From contig JAGIQG010000008.1 in assembly GCA_024679065.1 (NCBI GenBank), positions 26,226,001 through 26,290,000 of the forward strand: DNA of 64,000 nucleotides. Reading direction: 5' to 3'. The DNA comes from Sphyrna mokarran (Eukaryota). Positions 49,120 to 61,699 of this stretch are shown here, piece by piece. Every line of letters begins with the position of its first letter. Position 1 is the first letter of the stretch. The position numbers were made by a program, and so were the translations under genes. A model generated the notes under the pieces. That model was not told the DNA's origin and searched no databases. It saw nothing but the letters and a program-made list of their open reading frames with translations.

Positions 49120-49560
49120 CGATTGGGAGAGAGAACTTGTGCTTCTCTTTTTTTTTCCTGCGTCTCTTTTCTTCCCCTCCCTCTCCTGAGTTAATCAGCT
49201 CTGCCTCATCTTCGCCTTACACTTTGTTAGCTCGAGCAAGGGGAAATTAAGGCAATTAAATAGCAAGCATCCTCAGTAAGGCCGTCTAAGTTTCTGTGAC
49301 TGTGAAAAGCTGACCTATTGTGCAACTATTCATCTATTACATTTATATTGATCAATATGACCAGTACAATGTTGTACCAGGTCACACTTGATCTAATTTT
49401 ATGACTAACATTGCAAATTATGACTGCCGTGCATTGATTGAATTCCACATAAAACTTAGTTATATTGCATAATTGGTCATTTTAATTGAGGAATAAAGGC
49501 ATTCTTCAATTAGTCAGTCTGGCCAGAAATCATATAGACTGGCCTTTTAAACTGTAATCT
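49120..49560. promoter_or_regulatory. Candidate conserved non-coding element / enhancer
   Basis: Repeat-free block rich in homeodomain-type sites (TTTTATGAC 49397, ATTATGAC 49417, TGATTGA 49435, several TAATT). Conservation cannot be seen from one sequence. Confidence 0.35.
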
Positions 49561-49847
49561 TATTTACAAATTCCTATCCTCTAATTATAATTGGCGAATA
49601 CTCGACAGTGATTCATCTTGGTTCAAATTGTTACCCAACTATTTCCAACATATTAAAAATTACAAGTGTGCCCTTTAAGATTTACTTCTATTGTTGATAG
49701 AAAAATGACAATATTAATATTTAATGAGGTTGTGAACAGTAAAAGATTGATTTGACTTTTAAAACATCCATTATTTGGCTAGCTACATTTCCTGCATATG
49801 TGGTCAAAGTTTGGAAATCTAAGATGAAGCATAGGCTGTTAGTTCAC

Positions 49848-50145
49848 TTTATTTATTCATTAATGTCACAAGTAGGTTTACATTAACACTGCAATGAAGT
49901 TACTGTGAAAATTCCCTAATTGTCACACTCCAGAGCCTCTTTGGCTACAATGATGGAGAATTTAGCACCACCAATGCACCTAACCAGCACATCTTTCAGA
50001 CTGTGGGAAGAAACTGGAGCGCCTGGATGAAATTTATGCAGACACAGGGAGAGTGTGCAGACTCTGCACAGTGACCTAAGCAAGGAATCGAACCTGGGCT
50101 CCTGGGGTTATGAGGTAGCAGTGCTAACCACTGTGCCACCATGCT
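49848..50145 (-). mobile_element. HE1-like SINE, tail type B
   Basis: Full reverse copy. Confidence 0.85.
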
Positions 50146-51357
50146 GCCTTTTTTTTTATCTCATTCCACCGGTGGTGCTAGTCTGCCTGTACTCATTTTG
50201 CTGGCTTGCTTCTCTGCACTATGTACTCACATTAATTTTCAGGCAGTTCATCTAGAGTCAGAGTTACTACAGTCGGAAGCTATTCAGCCCACTGTGTCCA
50301 TGCAGGTCCAATCAGTCCCATTACCCTGTTCTATGCCCTTGGCTCTGCAAGTTTATTTCTCATCCAATTCCCCACTGAAACCATTCATAATTTCCACTTC
50401 CATCACCCTTGTAGGCAGCAAGGTTCCAGGTCATTACCACCTATTGCATTAAAAGTATCTTCCTCGCACGCTCTCTGAGTCTTCTGCACAAAAGCTTAAA
50501 TCCCTATACCATCAGTTAATGGGAACAACTTTTCTGAAATTCTCTTTCTGTGCCATAACAATTCTGTGTTCCTTTGAAAATGTGTTAAGATGTTCCTTAT
50601 TAAATGGCTCTCTTGTTTAATATCTATAATTGGACTTTAGTGCTGTTCTGTACTCTTGGTACTTTTACAAAATATGTGAAGACATATTATCTTTCCAAGG
50701 CATTGAGAAAGTAAGATTAATTTAGATGCTCTCATTTATTGTAGACCATGAAGTATGTCTTGTCCTTGTTATTTAAGCCTTCACATTCCTGTCTTTGTGT
50801 GTAAATGCCATGAAGAAAATCTTTTTATAGTCAAACAGTAGCCTTGACCTATTTGGACCTCTGATCCTGGCTGTGTCTTTTTTAGGGCAGCTCTTATGAT
50901 CTGAATACTCCAGGAACATTGGCTGTCAGTTAACACCCAGCACAAAATGTTTATCTTTTCAACCATGGAACAAAGCAGAAAGTCTAACACACACATTCTC
51001 AGGCTGAATATACAAGGGCATCCAATGTTTTAGAAATAGAGAGGGCATGGTTTATTTGATGTTTTTTTTTAACATCGTGCGTCAGAGGATCACTGTAAAA
51101 TGGAGATAAGCATCATATCATTGGTGAATACATTTGGGGTGAAGAGTTCCTCTGTGTGCTAGTGTTACAAATTTAGGTCTACCATAAGTACCTTCAGTGG
51201 CAATTTACTTCTACTGAGTCAAAATGACTTTTATCTACTTGTTCGATGATGTATCCCAGTGAGTATTTTGGGATTTTGAGTCTATATTTGTTTCTTCGAG
51301 ATGTATGTTTTGCAAATGTGGATCTTTTAAACAATTGGTGGAATGATGCATGGCATG

Positions 51358-51572
51358 AGTTAGAACAAAATGCGAAGAAAATTACAGCACAGGAATAGGC
51401 CCTTCGGTACTCCAAGCCTTCAGTGACCATGCTGCCCATCCTTACTCTTTTGGGGACCACATCACTCCTATGCATGTATTTGTCAAGATGCCTCTTAAAA
51501 GTCACTACCGTGTCTCCTTCTAATACTTCCCTCGGCAGCAAGTTCCACCACCACCCTCTGCGTAAAAAATCT
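51358..51572 (-). mobile_element. CR1 3' fragment
   Basis: LPREVLEGDTVVTFKRHLDKYM plus tail; same subfamily as 63185-63946. Confidence 0.75.
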
Positions 51573-52689
51573 TGTTAAAATACTTTATTTCAATGCATGC
51601 GAGAATACTGACTAGCAGTTAAAATCAAATTTATTTGTTTCAGTTGATACAAGTGGCCTTCCTATAATAACCAACCAATATAACTTATATTGGAAATATT
51701 CTGAGTGTGTTTGACTTCTTTCTGAAAACTAAAACATAGATCTCAAAAATACTCTCCCACCAACCAGTGTCCCGAATTTTATGTGTCTGATTTTATCACG
51801 TTAATGTCAGAAAGAACATCTGGTTAATGTGTAAGAAATGCTCATGCTTGTGAACTTAAGTTACTGCCTGGCCAAAGCAAAGAAATGACCACAAGTTTGA
51901 AATCCCTGGCTTCATTTATCTTATCCTAGTCAGCCCCCTTCTGACACAGTTGCTCAACTGGTCCCGTACCCCATCCACTCACCTCTACCAAGCTTCTGTA
52001 TTTGCCTGAGAGTTTCGGCAATACCCAATCTTCAAATAAGATTTGCTTTGTGGAGAATAAGAAATAGTTTGCCAGCTGTAAGGAAGTGAAGTCTTGGGAC
52101 TCACCGATTATGCGCAGGCATCATACCTTATGATCCACTACCTTGTTAATTATGCCAACCAATCTTCCTGGGAGCTTTGTCATTGGCATGGTAGTATAAT
52201 GAAAATGCCAAACACAATGCAATGGATGGGACAGAGTATTGATTAACCTTAAACAATTGAAGACCTCATGGTGGTTTGTACTTCTGGAAGAAATTCTTAC
52301 CATACTAACAGAGGCAGTAGAATATTGCCTGTGAAATCATAATCTGAGCAATTAATTGAAAATATTTTAATATTTGGATGTAAGAAAATGGACATTTAAT
52401 AAATGAATATGTTTCTTCTCTAACTGGCATGCCCATCATATACTCAAATAATTGAAAATAACACATTGGTCCACAAGTACATTTGGGAAACATACTTTGG
52501 GTTCACAGTATGCTGTTTAACTCTTTTTGACATTTCATTCCATCAAATGTTCTGAAAATTATTCTTCCGTGACATTATTAACTAGTTTTAGACAAATAAC
52601 AAATGTATGGTGTATATAAAGGTCTTTCCTTGTAAGACTTATAAAAGGGAATACCGAATTTACAAACAATTTTTATCAAGAATTTGCAG

Positions 52690-53508
52690 CTGGTAAATTA
52701 ACAACCTGGGGGGTTACCTTTGACCAAGAACGGAACTGGACTAGGCATATAACTATTGTGGTTACAAGAGCAGGCCAGAAATGAGAGATCCTGTGGCTAG
52801 TAGCTCACCTCCTGATTTCACAAAGCCTGTCCCCTTTCTACATGACACAAGTCAGGAGTGTGATGGAATACTCTCCATTTGCCCAGATGAATGCAGCTGT
52901 AACAGCACTGGAGAAGCTCAAATCACTCAGAGCACCATCTGTTTGATTTGTACCCCATCCATCTCCTCTTCCACTGATGCATAATGTGTACCTTCTCCAA
53001 TATGCACTGCAGAAACTTACCTGGGTTCCTTAAACCAGCACTTTCCAAATCCCTAATTACTAGCCTAGGAGAACATGGGCAGAAGATGCATGGAACACTA
53101 TCACAGGGAACCTTCCATCCAAGATTTACCTTGCATTAAGTTGATCTTTCTCTACACTCCAGATATGACTGTGACACTACATTCTGCACTCTCTTGCTTC
53201 CTTCTCTATGAATAGTATGCTTTGTCTATAGGGCACACAAGAAATAATACTTTTCATTGTATGTTAATACATGTGACAATAATAAATCAAATCAAATCAA
53301 AAATCAAATCAAGTCATTAATCATCCTGACCTGAAAATACATCATCATTCCTTCATCACCATTGGTTCAAAATCCTGGTACATCCCTCTCTGACAGTACT
53401 GTGGCTGTACTTATCTACACTACATGGACTGGAGTTATTGAAGAAGGCAGCACATCACTACTTTTTTAAGAACAATCAGGAATGGGCAATAAATGCTGGC
53501 CTAACCAA
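52690..53508 (+). mobile_element. 3' end of the LINE family seen at 31509, interrupted by a Rex1-like tail
   Basis: LGVTFDQERNWTRHITIVVTRAGQ..QVRSVMEYSPFA; ends AAGAACAATCAGGAATGGGCAATAAATGCTGGCCTAACCA. Confidence 0.75.
53122..53310 (+). mobile_element. Rex1/Babar-like LINE 3' UTR
   Basis: Matches 58545-58722; (AAATC)n tail. Confidence 0.8.
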
Positions 53509-54177
53509 TAGAAAAGATTATAAACTCCTCATGGAAATACAAAAAACAAATCCTGTGTATGTTGGACATCTGAAAAAGATACTCAGCAGGTCAGGTAGCA
53601 TCTGTGTTGAGAAACAGATTAACATTCTTTTTATAGAGTGGGAAAATGGTTATTGTACAGAAGGAATTCACATATTCATGTCAGCTGTCTGCAAGTGCAA
53701 CTCAATTATTCCCACATCTCCATTTTATCCACATTGTGCTGGCAACTTTTCCATCAGGTTTTTATCCTATCTCCTTTGGAGAGCTGTGATTGAACCTTCC
53801 TCACCACTCTTAGACAGTGCTTTCCAGATCTTAATGACTTACTGTTTAAAAAGAATTCACTGTCCTCACTGTTGGTCCTTTTGCCAATCATGTTAAGTTG
53901 TTGATTCTCAATTGTTCCATCAATAAGAATAGTGTCTCTCCCTCTGTCCTGCCTTGACCTTTTATGATTTTGAACAGCTTGATCAAAATTACTCTAAATT
54001 TATCTCTTCTCTATAGAAAAAAAACCTAGCTCCTTACCCATTTGTTGGAAGTCCTCAAACCTAGAGTCAAACTTTCGTTTAAATTTATCTAGACAGATCT
54101 GTTCTTATTCTATTAAAATTAGTCTTCCTCCAATTAAATATTTTCGACTCTAAATTTCTTCCTGTCCTTATCCAAAA

Positions 54178-55290
54178 GACCATAAGATAAGCAGAAGTAG
54201 AACATTTGGCTCATCGAGTCTGCTCTGCCATTCAATCATGGCTGATATGATTCTCATCCCCATTCTTGTGTGTTCTCCTTATAACCCTTGATCCCTTTAT
54301 TCACTAAGAAGCTATTTATCTCTGTCTTGAAGGCTCAATGATCTAGCCTCCACAGTCCTCTGTGGCCGTGAGTTCTACCTATTCACCAGCCTCTGACAGA
54401 AGATATTCCTCCTCATTTCAGTTTTAAAGGAGTGTCCCTTCTCTCTGAGGTTGTGCTCTTGACTTCTAGTCTCTCCCACTAGTGGAAACATCTTCTCCAT
54501 GTCCACCCCATCAAGGCCTCTCGAGATTCCGTAAGTTTCAACTAATCCCCCTTATCCTTCTAAGCTCCATTGAGTAGAGATCCAAACTCCTCAATTGCCC
54601 CTTATATGACAAACCCTTCAATCCTGGGACTATTCTTATGAATCTCTTCTGGATCCCTCCAAGGTCAGTCCATCCTTCCTTAGGTACGGAGCCCAATTCT
54701 GCTTACAATATTCCAAATGGAGTTTGACCAGAACCTTATACAGCCTCAGCAGTTAAATCCCTGCTCTTATATTCTAGAAATGAATTCTAACATTGAATTT
54801 GCCTTCTTAACTGTGAACTGAACCTGTATGTTAACCTGGGGTGGCATGGTAGCACAGTGTTTAGTTTTGCTGCTTCACAGCCCCGGGGACCTGGGTTTGA
54901 TTCCCGGCATGGGTCACTGTCTGTGTGGAGTTTGCACATTCTCCTTGTGTCTGCATGGATTTCCTCCCACAGTTCAAAGATGTACGGGTTAGGTTGATTG
55001 GCCATGCTTAAAAAAAAATTGCCCTTAGTGTCTTGAGATGTGTAGGTTAGAGGGATTAATAGGTAAATCTGTAGGGATATGGAAGTAGGGCTTGGGTGGG
55101 ATTGTGGTCAGTGCAGACTCGATGGGAGAGATGGTCCCTTTCTGTACTGTAGATTTCTATGCTTTCTATGAGTCCTGAACCAGGACTCCCAAGTCTCTTT
55201 GTGCTTCAGATTTCTGAAGACTTTCCCCATAAAATAATCTGCGCCTCTATTCTTCCAACAAAATGTATAAACTCACACTTTCCCAATACA
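54178..55290 (-). mobile_element. CR1 3' fragment with a nested SINE
   Basis: Tail CCATAAGATAAGCAGAAGTAG; CR1 C-terminal coding remnant resumes after 55170. Confidence 0.75.
54838..55170 (+). mobile_element. HE1-like SINE, tail type A
   Basis: GGGGTGGCATGGTAGCACAGTG head through to a TTCTATG tail. Confidence 0.85.
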
Positions 55291-55306
55291 AATGATATCT
55301 GATCTA

Positions 55307-55662
55307 GGCATGATGGCACAATTGTTAACACTGCTGCCTCTCAGTGTCAGGGATCTTGGTTCGATTCTGGCCTTGGGTGACTATCTATGTGGAGTTTGCA
55401 CATTCTCCCCATTGTCTGCATGGGTTTCCTTTGGACGCTTTGATTTCCTCCCATACTCCAAAGATGTGCAGGTTAGTTGGATTGGTCATGCTTAATTGCT
55501 CATTAGTATTCCAAGATGTGTAGTTTAGATGGATTAGCCATTGTAAACATACAGGGTTATGGGGATAGAGTGGGGAGAGAGCCTGAGTAAGATATTCTGT
55601 CAGAGAGTCAGAGCAGACTCGATGGGCCAAATGGCCTCCTTTCATACTGTAGGGATTCTATC
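55307..55662 (+). mobile_element. HE1-like SINE, tail type A
   Basis: B-box GGTTCGATTC; tail GCAGACTCGATGGGCCAAATGGCCTCC. Confidence 0.85.
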
Positions 55663-56089
55663 ACCTTGGTTGAAAAATTCTGGCTGGGATTTTCTGCCCC
55701 ATTTCTGGCGGGTGGGAATGGTGACAAGGAGCTCTTGGCACTGCACCTTGGGACATTTCCTTGGGAGCAGGTTCTCTCTGGGTTGGGGCAAGTCTATGGA
55801 GCGGGAGTTCCCTGGGGGATGATCCCCTTACATCTTCTTTTAGATCAGGGCACCCTCTTTAAAACCATTTTCAGAGCCCATCTCGTCAGTATGATGTCAT
55901 TGGTCCCATCTCCTGCGTTTTTTTTCAAACTGTTCAAAAAGTCAATGGGAAGGCAGAAAGCTGGTGGGCTGCATGCTGTTTTCTCATCCAGGATGATACT
56001 TGAGGAAAAAAAGCTGGAAGTTCCACTCTTTATTGTCCAATCATTCCGTGGCTTCACTTGTCTCCAACTGTGTCATTTTGTTCACTGAA

Positions 56090-56492
56090 ATATCTGGACT
56101 CCTCTGATTCCAGCTTCTTGAGCATCCCTGATTTTAATCACTTTGACATTGGTCGCTATGCCTTTTTGCCAAGAACTAACCTCTTAAATTCCATCCCTAA
56201 ACCTCTTTTGTATTTGATAGATCAAGGAATAACAGGCTATGGAGAGATGGCACTGAAAAAGATTTGAGGCCGGTCTAGATTGTATTGCATGAAGGTTGAT
56301 GGCTTCTACTTCTACTTCTCGTGTTCCCTGCCTATGTTCCTTGCTTCCTTCTATGAGCAAACCCAACTTTTTGACTAAGCTTTTGATCATGTATCCTAAT
56401 CTAGCTTGGTGTTACATTTTGCTCTATAATTCTCCAGTTAAGTATCTTGGAATGTTTTAACATATTTAAAGGCACTATGTAAATACAAATTG
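56090..56492 (+). mobile_element. L2-like LINE 3' end
   Basis: IGRYAF....LLNSIPKPL remnant and an AAAGGCACTATGTAAATACAAATTG terminus. A reverse relative lies at 61355-61640. Confidence 0.6.
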
Positions 56493-56561
56493 CTTTAAGT
56501 TAGTTTTCTTAAGTACAAGTTTCTATCGTAGGGGTAAATAGTTAGGGTGACTGCCAAGGTC

Positions 56562-56931
56562 GGGGGAAGGCAATGGCCTAGTGATATTATTGCCAGTCCA
56601 TTAATCCAAAAACTCAGCTAATGTTCTGGAGATTTAGGTTCAAATCCTGGCATGGCAGCTGGTGAAATTTGAAATCAATAAAAAATAACTGGAATTAAGA
56701 ATCTACTGATAACCATCAAGCCATTGTTAATCATTGGAAAAACTCACCTGGATCACTAATGTCTTTTAGGGAAGAAATCTGCTGTTCTTACCTGGTCTGG
56801 CCTACATGTGACTCCAGAGCCACAGCAATGTGATTGACTCTGAACTGCCCTCTGAACAAGGAAAACTGCGGATGGGCAATAAATGCTGGCCAGCCAGTGA
56901 GGCCCATGTCACACGAATGAGTGAAAAAAAA
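56562..56931 (+). mobile_element. Second tRNA-derived SINE family, full copy
   Basis: A-box TGGCCTAGTGA (56574), B-box GGTTCAAATCC (56637), tail GGATGGGCAATAAATGCTGGCCAGCCAGTGAGGCCCATGTC plus an A-run. Confidence 0.85.
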
Positions 56932-58049
56932 CTGACCCCGATTAGTTCACCACACTCCTTAAAGAGTCATGTCACTTTTAATGAGAGATACGCACAATAG
57001 AAAGGCATTGAGTTAACAAATGGCAGCAAAAGCTTGTCCTTGGCAGGTGCAATGTACAAATATGACATAGATAAAACGGGTGCACAGCAGCACAGCTTTA
57101 AATGCAAGGGTAACATTTTTTTGCAGGCAATTTCCCAATTATAAGATTGGATTAAAATTAATAGAACTTGCTAAAAGGGAAACGTTATCTTACTTAGGAT
57201 GTTGAGTAAATTAGATTTTTGAAAGGGTTACACTGAAGGTCACTAAGAAGGATGTTGCAGCAGTATTAAAGTACAGTATTGAACTAAAAACAGTAGCAAT
57301 GGTATCTCTAGCCAATGGGCTATTATTTAACTGCAAACCATTGAAAATGAAATCGACAGAACTCCCATTGAATTTTATTAAATCTTATCATTGAGTTTCA
57401 AGTACAGTTCCATAATCAGTAAAAATTTAAAGGACAGTGAGAGTATTTAGAACACATAAACCGTGAAGAATTAGTTCATGGATTGAACAATTATGGTTTT
57501 AAAAATAGAACTTTGGAAACATTTGTGGGATGGTATGAAGAATTTGGATTGGACTGTAATTTAGAGAATGTTGGTGCATAAACTTGATGGCACTGGACTC
57601 GAGCACAAAGGCTGTGATGCATTTGAACCTCAAAAACATCAATTGAGGAAGGTTCTGGTGCTTGTTGCTCCCCAACTAATGGCTGGTCCATTTAAAGGAA
57701 TGAATATTAAACTACTTGCATCACAAACTGTGGCCAGACGTTTAATCCCAGGAAGGGGGAAGAATGCATAATGGAACATTATGGACATGAAGGAGAATGT
57801 CTGCTCTCCCCTTGATTACACAAAAATGATTTTGTGGCCTTTACTTTCCTTGTTCATGTTTGACCAGTACAGCCACTCTCTTGTCTTTCTGAGATTTGAT
57901 TCAATTCCTAGATAGTTTATGTGGAAGCATTTCAGCACCTCCCTTCTCATCTCCTTTGAGAAGATGACTCTATTTCATTGTTCAAGGTGTCATCTTGGGC
58001 TGTCAATTCATCTTGGTGTGCTCAATATGCTTTTATGACCACAGATGTC

Positions 58050-58830
58050 ACTGTGAAGTGGTATTGTCACTGGACGAGTAATCCAGAGACCAAGGATAAT
58101 ACTGTGGGGACCAGAATTCGAATCCCACCATTGCAGATAGTGAAATTTGAATTCAGTAAAAATCTGCAATTAAAAGTCTAATGATGATCATGAAGCCATT
58201 ATCAATTATTATAAATGCTTATCTCATTCACTCATGTCCTTTAGGGAAGGAATTTACCGATGCATCATAGAAAGCATTCTTTCTGGTTGTGTAACAGCTT
58301 TCTATGGCTCCTGCTTTTGCCCAAAACCTCAAGAAACTACAAAAGGTCGTGAATGTAGGAAATCAATCTCCCATTCATTGACTCTGTCGGCACTTCTTGC
58401 TGCCTCAGCAAAGCAGCCAGCATAATTAAGAACCATTCTCCCTTCACCTTCTTCTGTCAGGTAAAAGATACAAAAGTCTGAGGTCACGTACCAACTGACT
58501 CAAGAACAGCTTCTTTCCTGCTGCTGTCAGGCTTTTGAATGGACTTACTTTGCATTAAGTTGATCTTTCTCTACATCCCTAGCTATGACAGTAACACTAC
58601 ATTCTGCACTCTCCTATTTCCTTCTTTATGAATGGTATGCTTTATCTGTATAGCATGCAAGAAACAATACTTTTCACTGTATGTTAATATGTGTGACAAT
58701 AATAAATCAAATCAAATCAAATCTGCCATCCTTACCTGGCTTGGCCTACATGTGAATCCAAATCCACAGCAATGTGGTTGACTCTTAAATGTCTCTGAAA
58801 ACTCAGCTCAAGGATAATCAAGAATGGGCA
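58050..58830 (+). mobile_element. Second SINE family copy split by a Rex1-like insertion
   Basis: Head and body run to TAGGGAAGGAA (58252); the copy resumes at ATCTGCCATCCTTACCTGG (58721). Confidence 0.8.
58253..58722 (+). mobile_element. Rex1/Babar-like LINE 3' end
   Basis: YRCIIESILSGCVTAFYGSC..LLSGKRYKSLRSRTN*LKNSFFPAAVRLLN and an (AAATC)n tail. Confidence 0.85.
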
Positions 58831-58849
58831 GTAAATGCTGAAGTGGTTT

Positions 58850-59880
58850 GTCAGACTCCACTGTTTCTCCCAAGCACAAATCATCCCCTGTATGTTTTGT
58901 TCTCTCCACTTCTGCTACCTTCAATAATCTATGCATGTGCTCACCCAGGTCTCTCTACTCCTGTGCCCTTTAATAATTGTATGCTTTGCTTTGTATTGTT
59001 TCTCCATGTTCTTCCTGCTAAAGTACATTGCCTCACACTTTTCCATCTGCGATCCATCTGCCATCTGTTTGCCCACTCCATCAAATTGTCTATGTCCTTT
59101 CGAAGTTCACAGTTTTACAATTCTTACACGTTTTGTGTCATCAGTAAATTTTGAAGATGTTCCTGCACATTAAAATCTCGATCATTAATGGATATCAGGA
59201 AAAGCAAGAGTACCAACACTGGGGAATACTAGGGGTGGCACGCTGGCACAATGGTTAGCACTGCTGCCTCACAGCGCCAGGGACTCAGGTTTGACTCTGG
59301 GTTTGGATCATTGCCAGTGTGGAGTTTGCACGTTCTCCCTGTGTCTTCGAGTGCTCTGGTTTCTCCCACAGTCTGAAAGATGTGCAGGTTAGGTACATTG
59401 ACCCAGAGCGGCACCGGAGAGTGGTATATAGGGGAATTTCACTGTAACTTCATTGCAATGTTAATGTAAGCCTTACTTGTGATTCATAAATAAACTAAAA
59501 AAAAACTACCTTCCTCCAGCCCAAAAACTAACCATTGACCATTTCTCTCTGCTTCCTATTATTCAGCAGCTGTTATATCCATGTTGGTCTTGCTTTTCTT
59601 ATTCCACGAGCTACAATTTTTTTCACAAGTGTGTTGCGTGATATTGTATTGAATACCTTCTGAAAGTCCATGTACATCAGAGCATTACACCCATCGACCT
59701 GTTCTGTTACCTCCTCAAAAAACTCCAACAAGTTAGCTAAATGTCATTTTTTCTTTTGAGATCTATGCTTGTTCTTCCTAGTCAACCCACATTTTTCCAT
59801 GAGACTATTAATTTTATCACAAACAATTCTTTCCACCATTGACGTTAAACCGATTGGTCTTCATAATTGCTAGGGCTTTT
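58850..59880 (-). mobile_element. Old CR1 RT fragment with a nested SINE
   Basis: Minus strand SKFTDDTK and DIDNLMEWANRWQM remnants. Confidence 0.7.
59232..59500 (+). mobile_element. HE1-like SINE, tail type B
   Basis: Head GGGGTGGCACGCTGGCACAATGGTTAGC and a type B tail. Confidence 0.85.
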
Positions 59881-59949
59881 CTTACAACCTTTCCTTAAAT
59901 GAAAATAGAAGAATGATGATTATGAATGCACAATCTAACAGACAGATTA

Positions 59950-60162
59950 TAGGAAGTTGGTGCATCCTAAGATAAGCTTAGTACAGGAAAAAGGGGATCT
60001 GTACACGCACAAACTTTCAGCTCCTGTTTTCAGAGGAAGTGGTGATGATGAGACAGGAGCAGTGAGTTCCAAATGTGGTCCAACATCATACCCTAGATTT
60101 AAGCAAGCCACCACAACTGTATTTTTTAATGTAGTTGTATATTGACATTTGACATGGTAAGT
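59950..60162 (+). promoter_or_regulatory. Candidate PU.1/ETS promoter and first exon ending ATG|GTAAGT
   Basis: AGGAAGT (59951) and AGAGGAAGTG (60032). Consensus donor GTAAGT (60157-60162) directly follows ATG (60154-60156). Confidence 0.4.
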
Positions 60163-61059
60163 CTTTTTATTTGAAAGTGCTGTGTCATTTCTTTCTCATC
60201 TTTTTCTGGAATTCAAGTTCTGTTGAATAGGAACAAAGTTAAGGCATGTTGTTTCTCCTTTGCTAGAGACTGAGATATCTCTAAGATCTGCATTCAGCTC
60301 TTTGTTAAGCACAGTGAATCTTATTATTGAGTTGTACATGTTGCACTGCCTGATGCATCAGTGAGCATGAGTCAATGCTATGTTGTGGAGCTGATAACAC
60401 TGACAGAAATCCAATTAGTGCCAGTAGGTAGCACATTTACCAGTGACTTTATCTGTGAGTTCTGTTTCACTTACAAAGACATATTGAGCTATAAAAAGTG
60501 AGAGCTCTGCTTTTTGCAGTTTATTTCTGCAAGTTAAGAGTGCGCTGAACAAAAAAAAAACCATTCACAAAATGATGCAGTTAAAAAAAAGATTAAAATT
60601 GCAATGATCAAGTTAATTTGGCAATGCTTTTGATGAGTTATTTTCAGCTTTATTGTATTCATCAGCCAGGCTAGAAAACTCTTACTAGTGTTATAATTAT
60701 TTTTAGAAAAAGGAATCTAGTTTTCACAGCATTTTGTCACTGACACAGGGAATGGAAATGATGATTAATAAAGCATCCAATCCATATGCTTCATTTAAAA
60801 GAAAAGTTAATGTGATAATTATGACTTCAATTCTAAATTCTCAATCATTTTTTACATCCTGTTAAATTGCATTGTGGTGACAAGCAAAGATTCATCCATG
60901 AGAGTATATTTTAATTCAGAATAAATTTCTTTAAAAATATGGTATCAATTATAATTGATTTGTTTAGATTTGACAAACAAAATTCCATGTTTCAATCAAT
61001 GTAGTAACAGGTTTATTTTCTAAAAGATTTATTTTGTACTAAAGTAACAAACAACAATG

Positions 61060-61352
61060 GATGGCACAGTGATACCATGTTTAGCATGGTTAGCCAGGGG
61101 CCCGGGTTCAATTCCAGCCTTGGGTCACTGTCTGTGTAGATTTACACTTTCTCCCTGTTTCTGCTTGGGTTTTCTTTGGGTGCTTTGGTTTCCTCCCACA
61201 GTCCAAAGATTGGACATTCTAAATTGACCCTTAGTGTCAGGAGGATTAGCAGGGTACGCATGTGGGGTTACAGGAACAGGGACTGGGTGGGATTGTGGTT
61301 GGTGCAGACTCGATGGGCTGAAAGGTCTCCTTTTGTAATGCAGGGATTCTTT
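61060..61352 (+). mobile_element. HE1-like SINE, tail type A
   Basis: B-box GGGTTCAATTCC, core, and tail GGTGCAGACTCGATGGGCTGAAAGG. Confidence 0.8.
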
Positions 61353-61354
61353 GA

Positions 61355-61640
61355 ACAACTTGTATTTGTATAGTGTCTTTAACGGTAATGGCATAATAGA
61401 GGAGCATTATGAAGCAAAGAATGCCACCAAATCACACATGAGTCAAGATGACCAAAAAATTTGGGCAGAAAGGCACGTTTTGAAAGAGGAAAATAGCAAA
61501 AGACACTGTGATGGTCGGAGGGAATTCCAGAGCTTGGGTCAAGAGAACTGAAGGCATGGCCTCCAGCAGTGGACCAATTAAAATTGAGAATGTGCAAGAG
61601 GCCAGAATGCAGATATCTTGGAGGTCCTTGTGCTGGAGAG
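61355..61640 (-). mobile_element. L2-like LINE 3' end
   Basis: ACAACTTGTATTTGTATAG terminus; reverse relative of 56090-56492. Confidence 0.6.
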
Positions 61641-61699
61641 ACAAAGTCATGAAGGATTAGAGACCCTTTATTTTAAACTCTGTTCTGTAGCTCAAGCTC

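Noticed and set aside
57540-57780. Possible MiT exon 2 (TTAGAGAAT = LEN) or a 67-aa ORF
   Set aside because: The LEN frame stops after three more codons and lacks the HLENP..YH pattern. The 67-aa ORF has no recognisable similarity.
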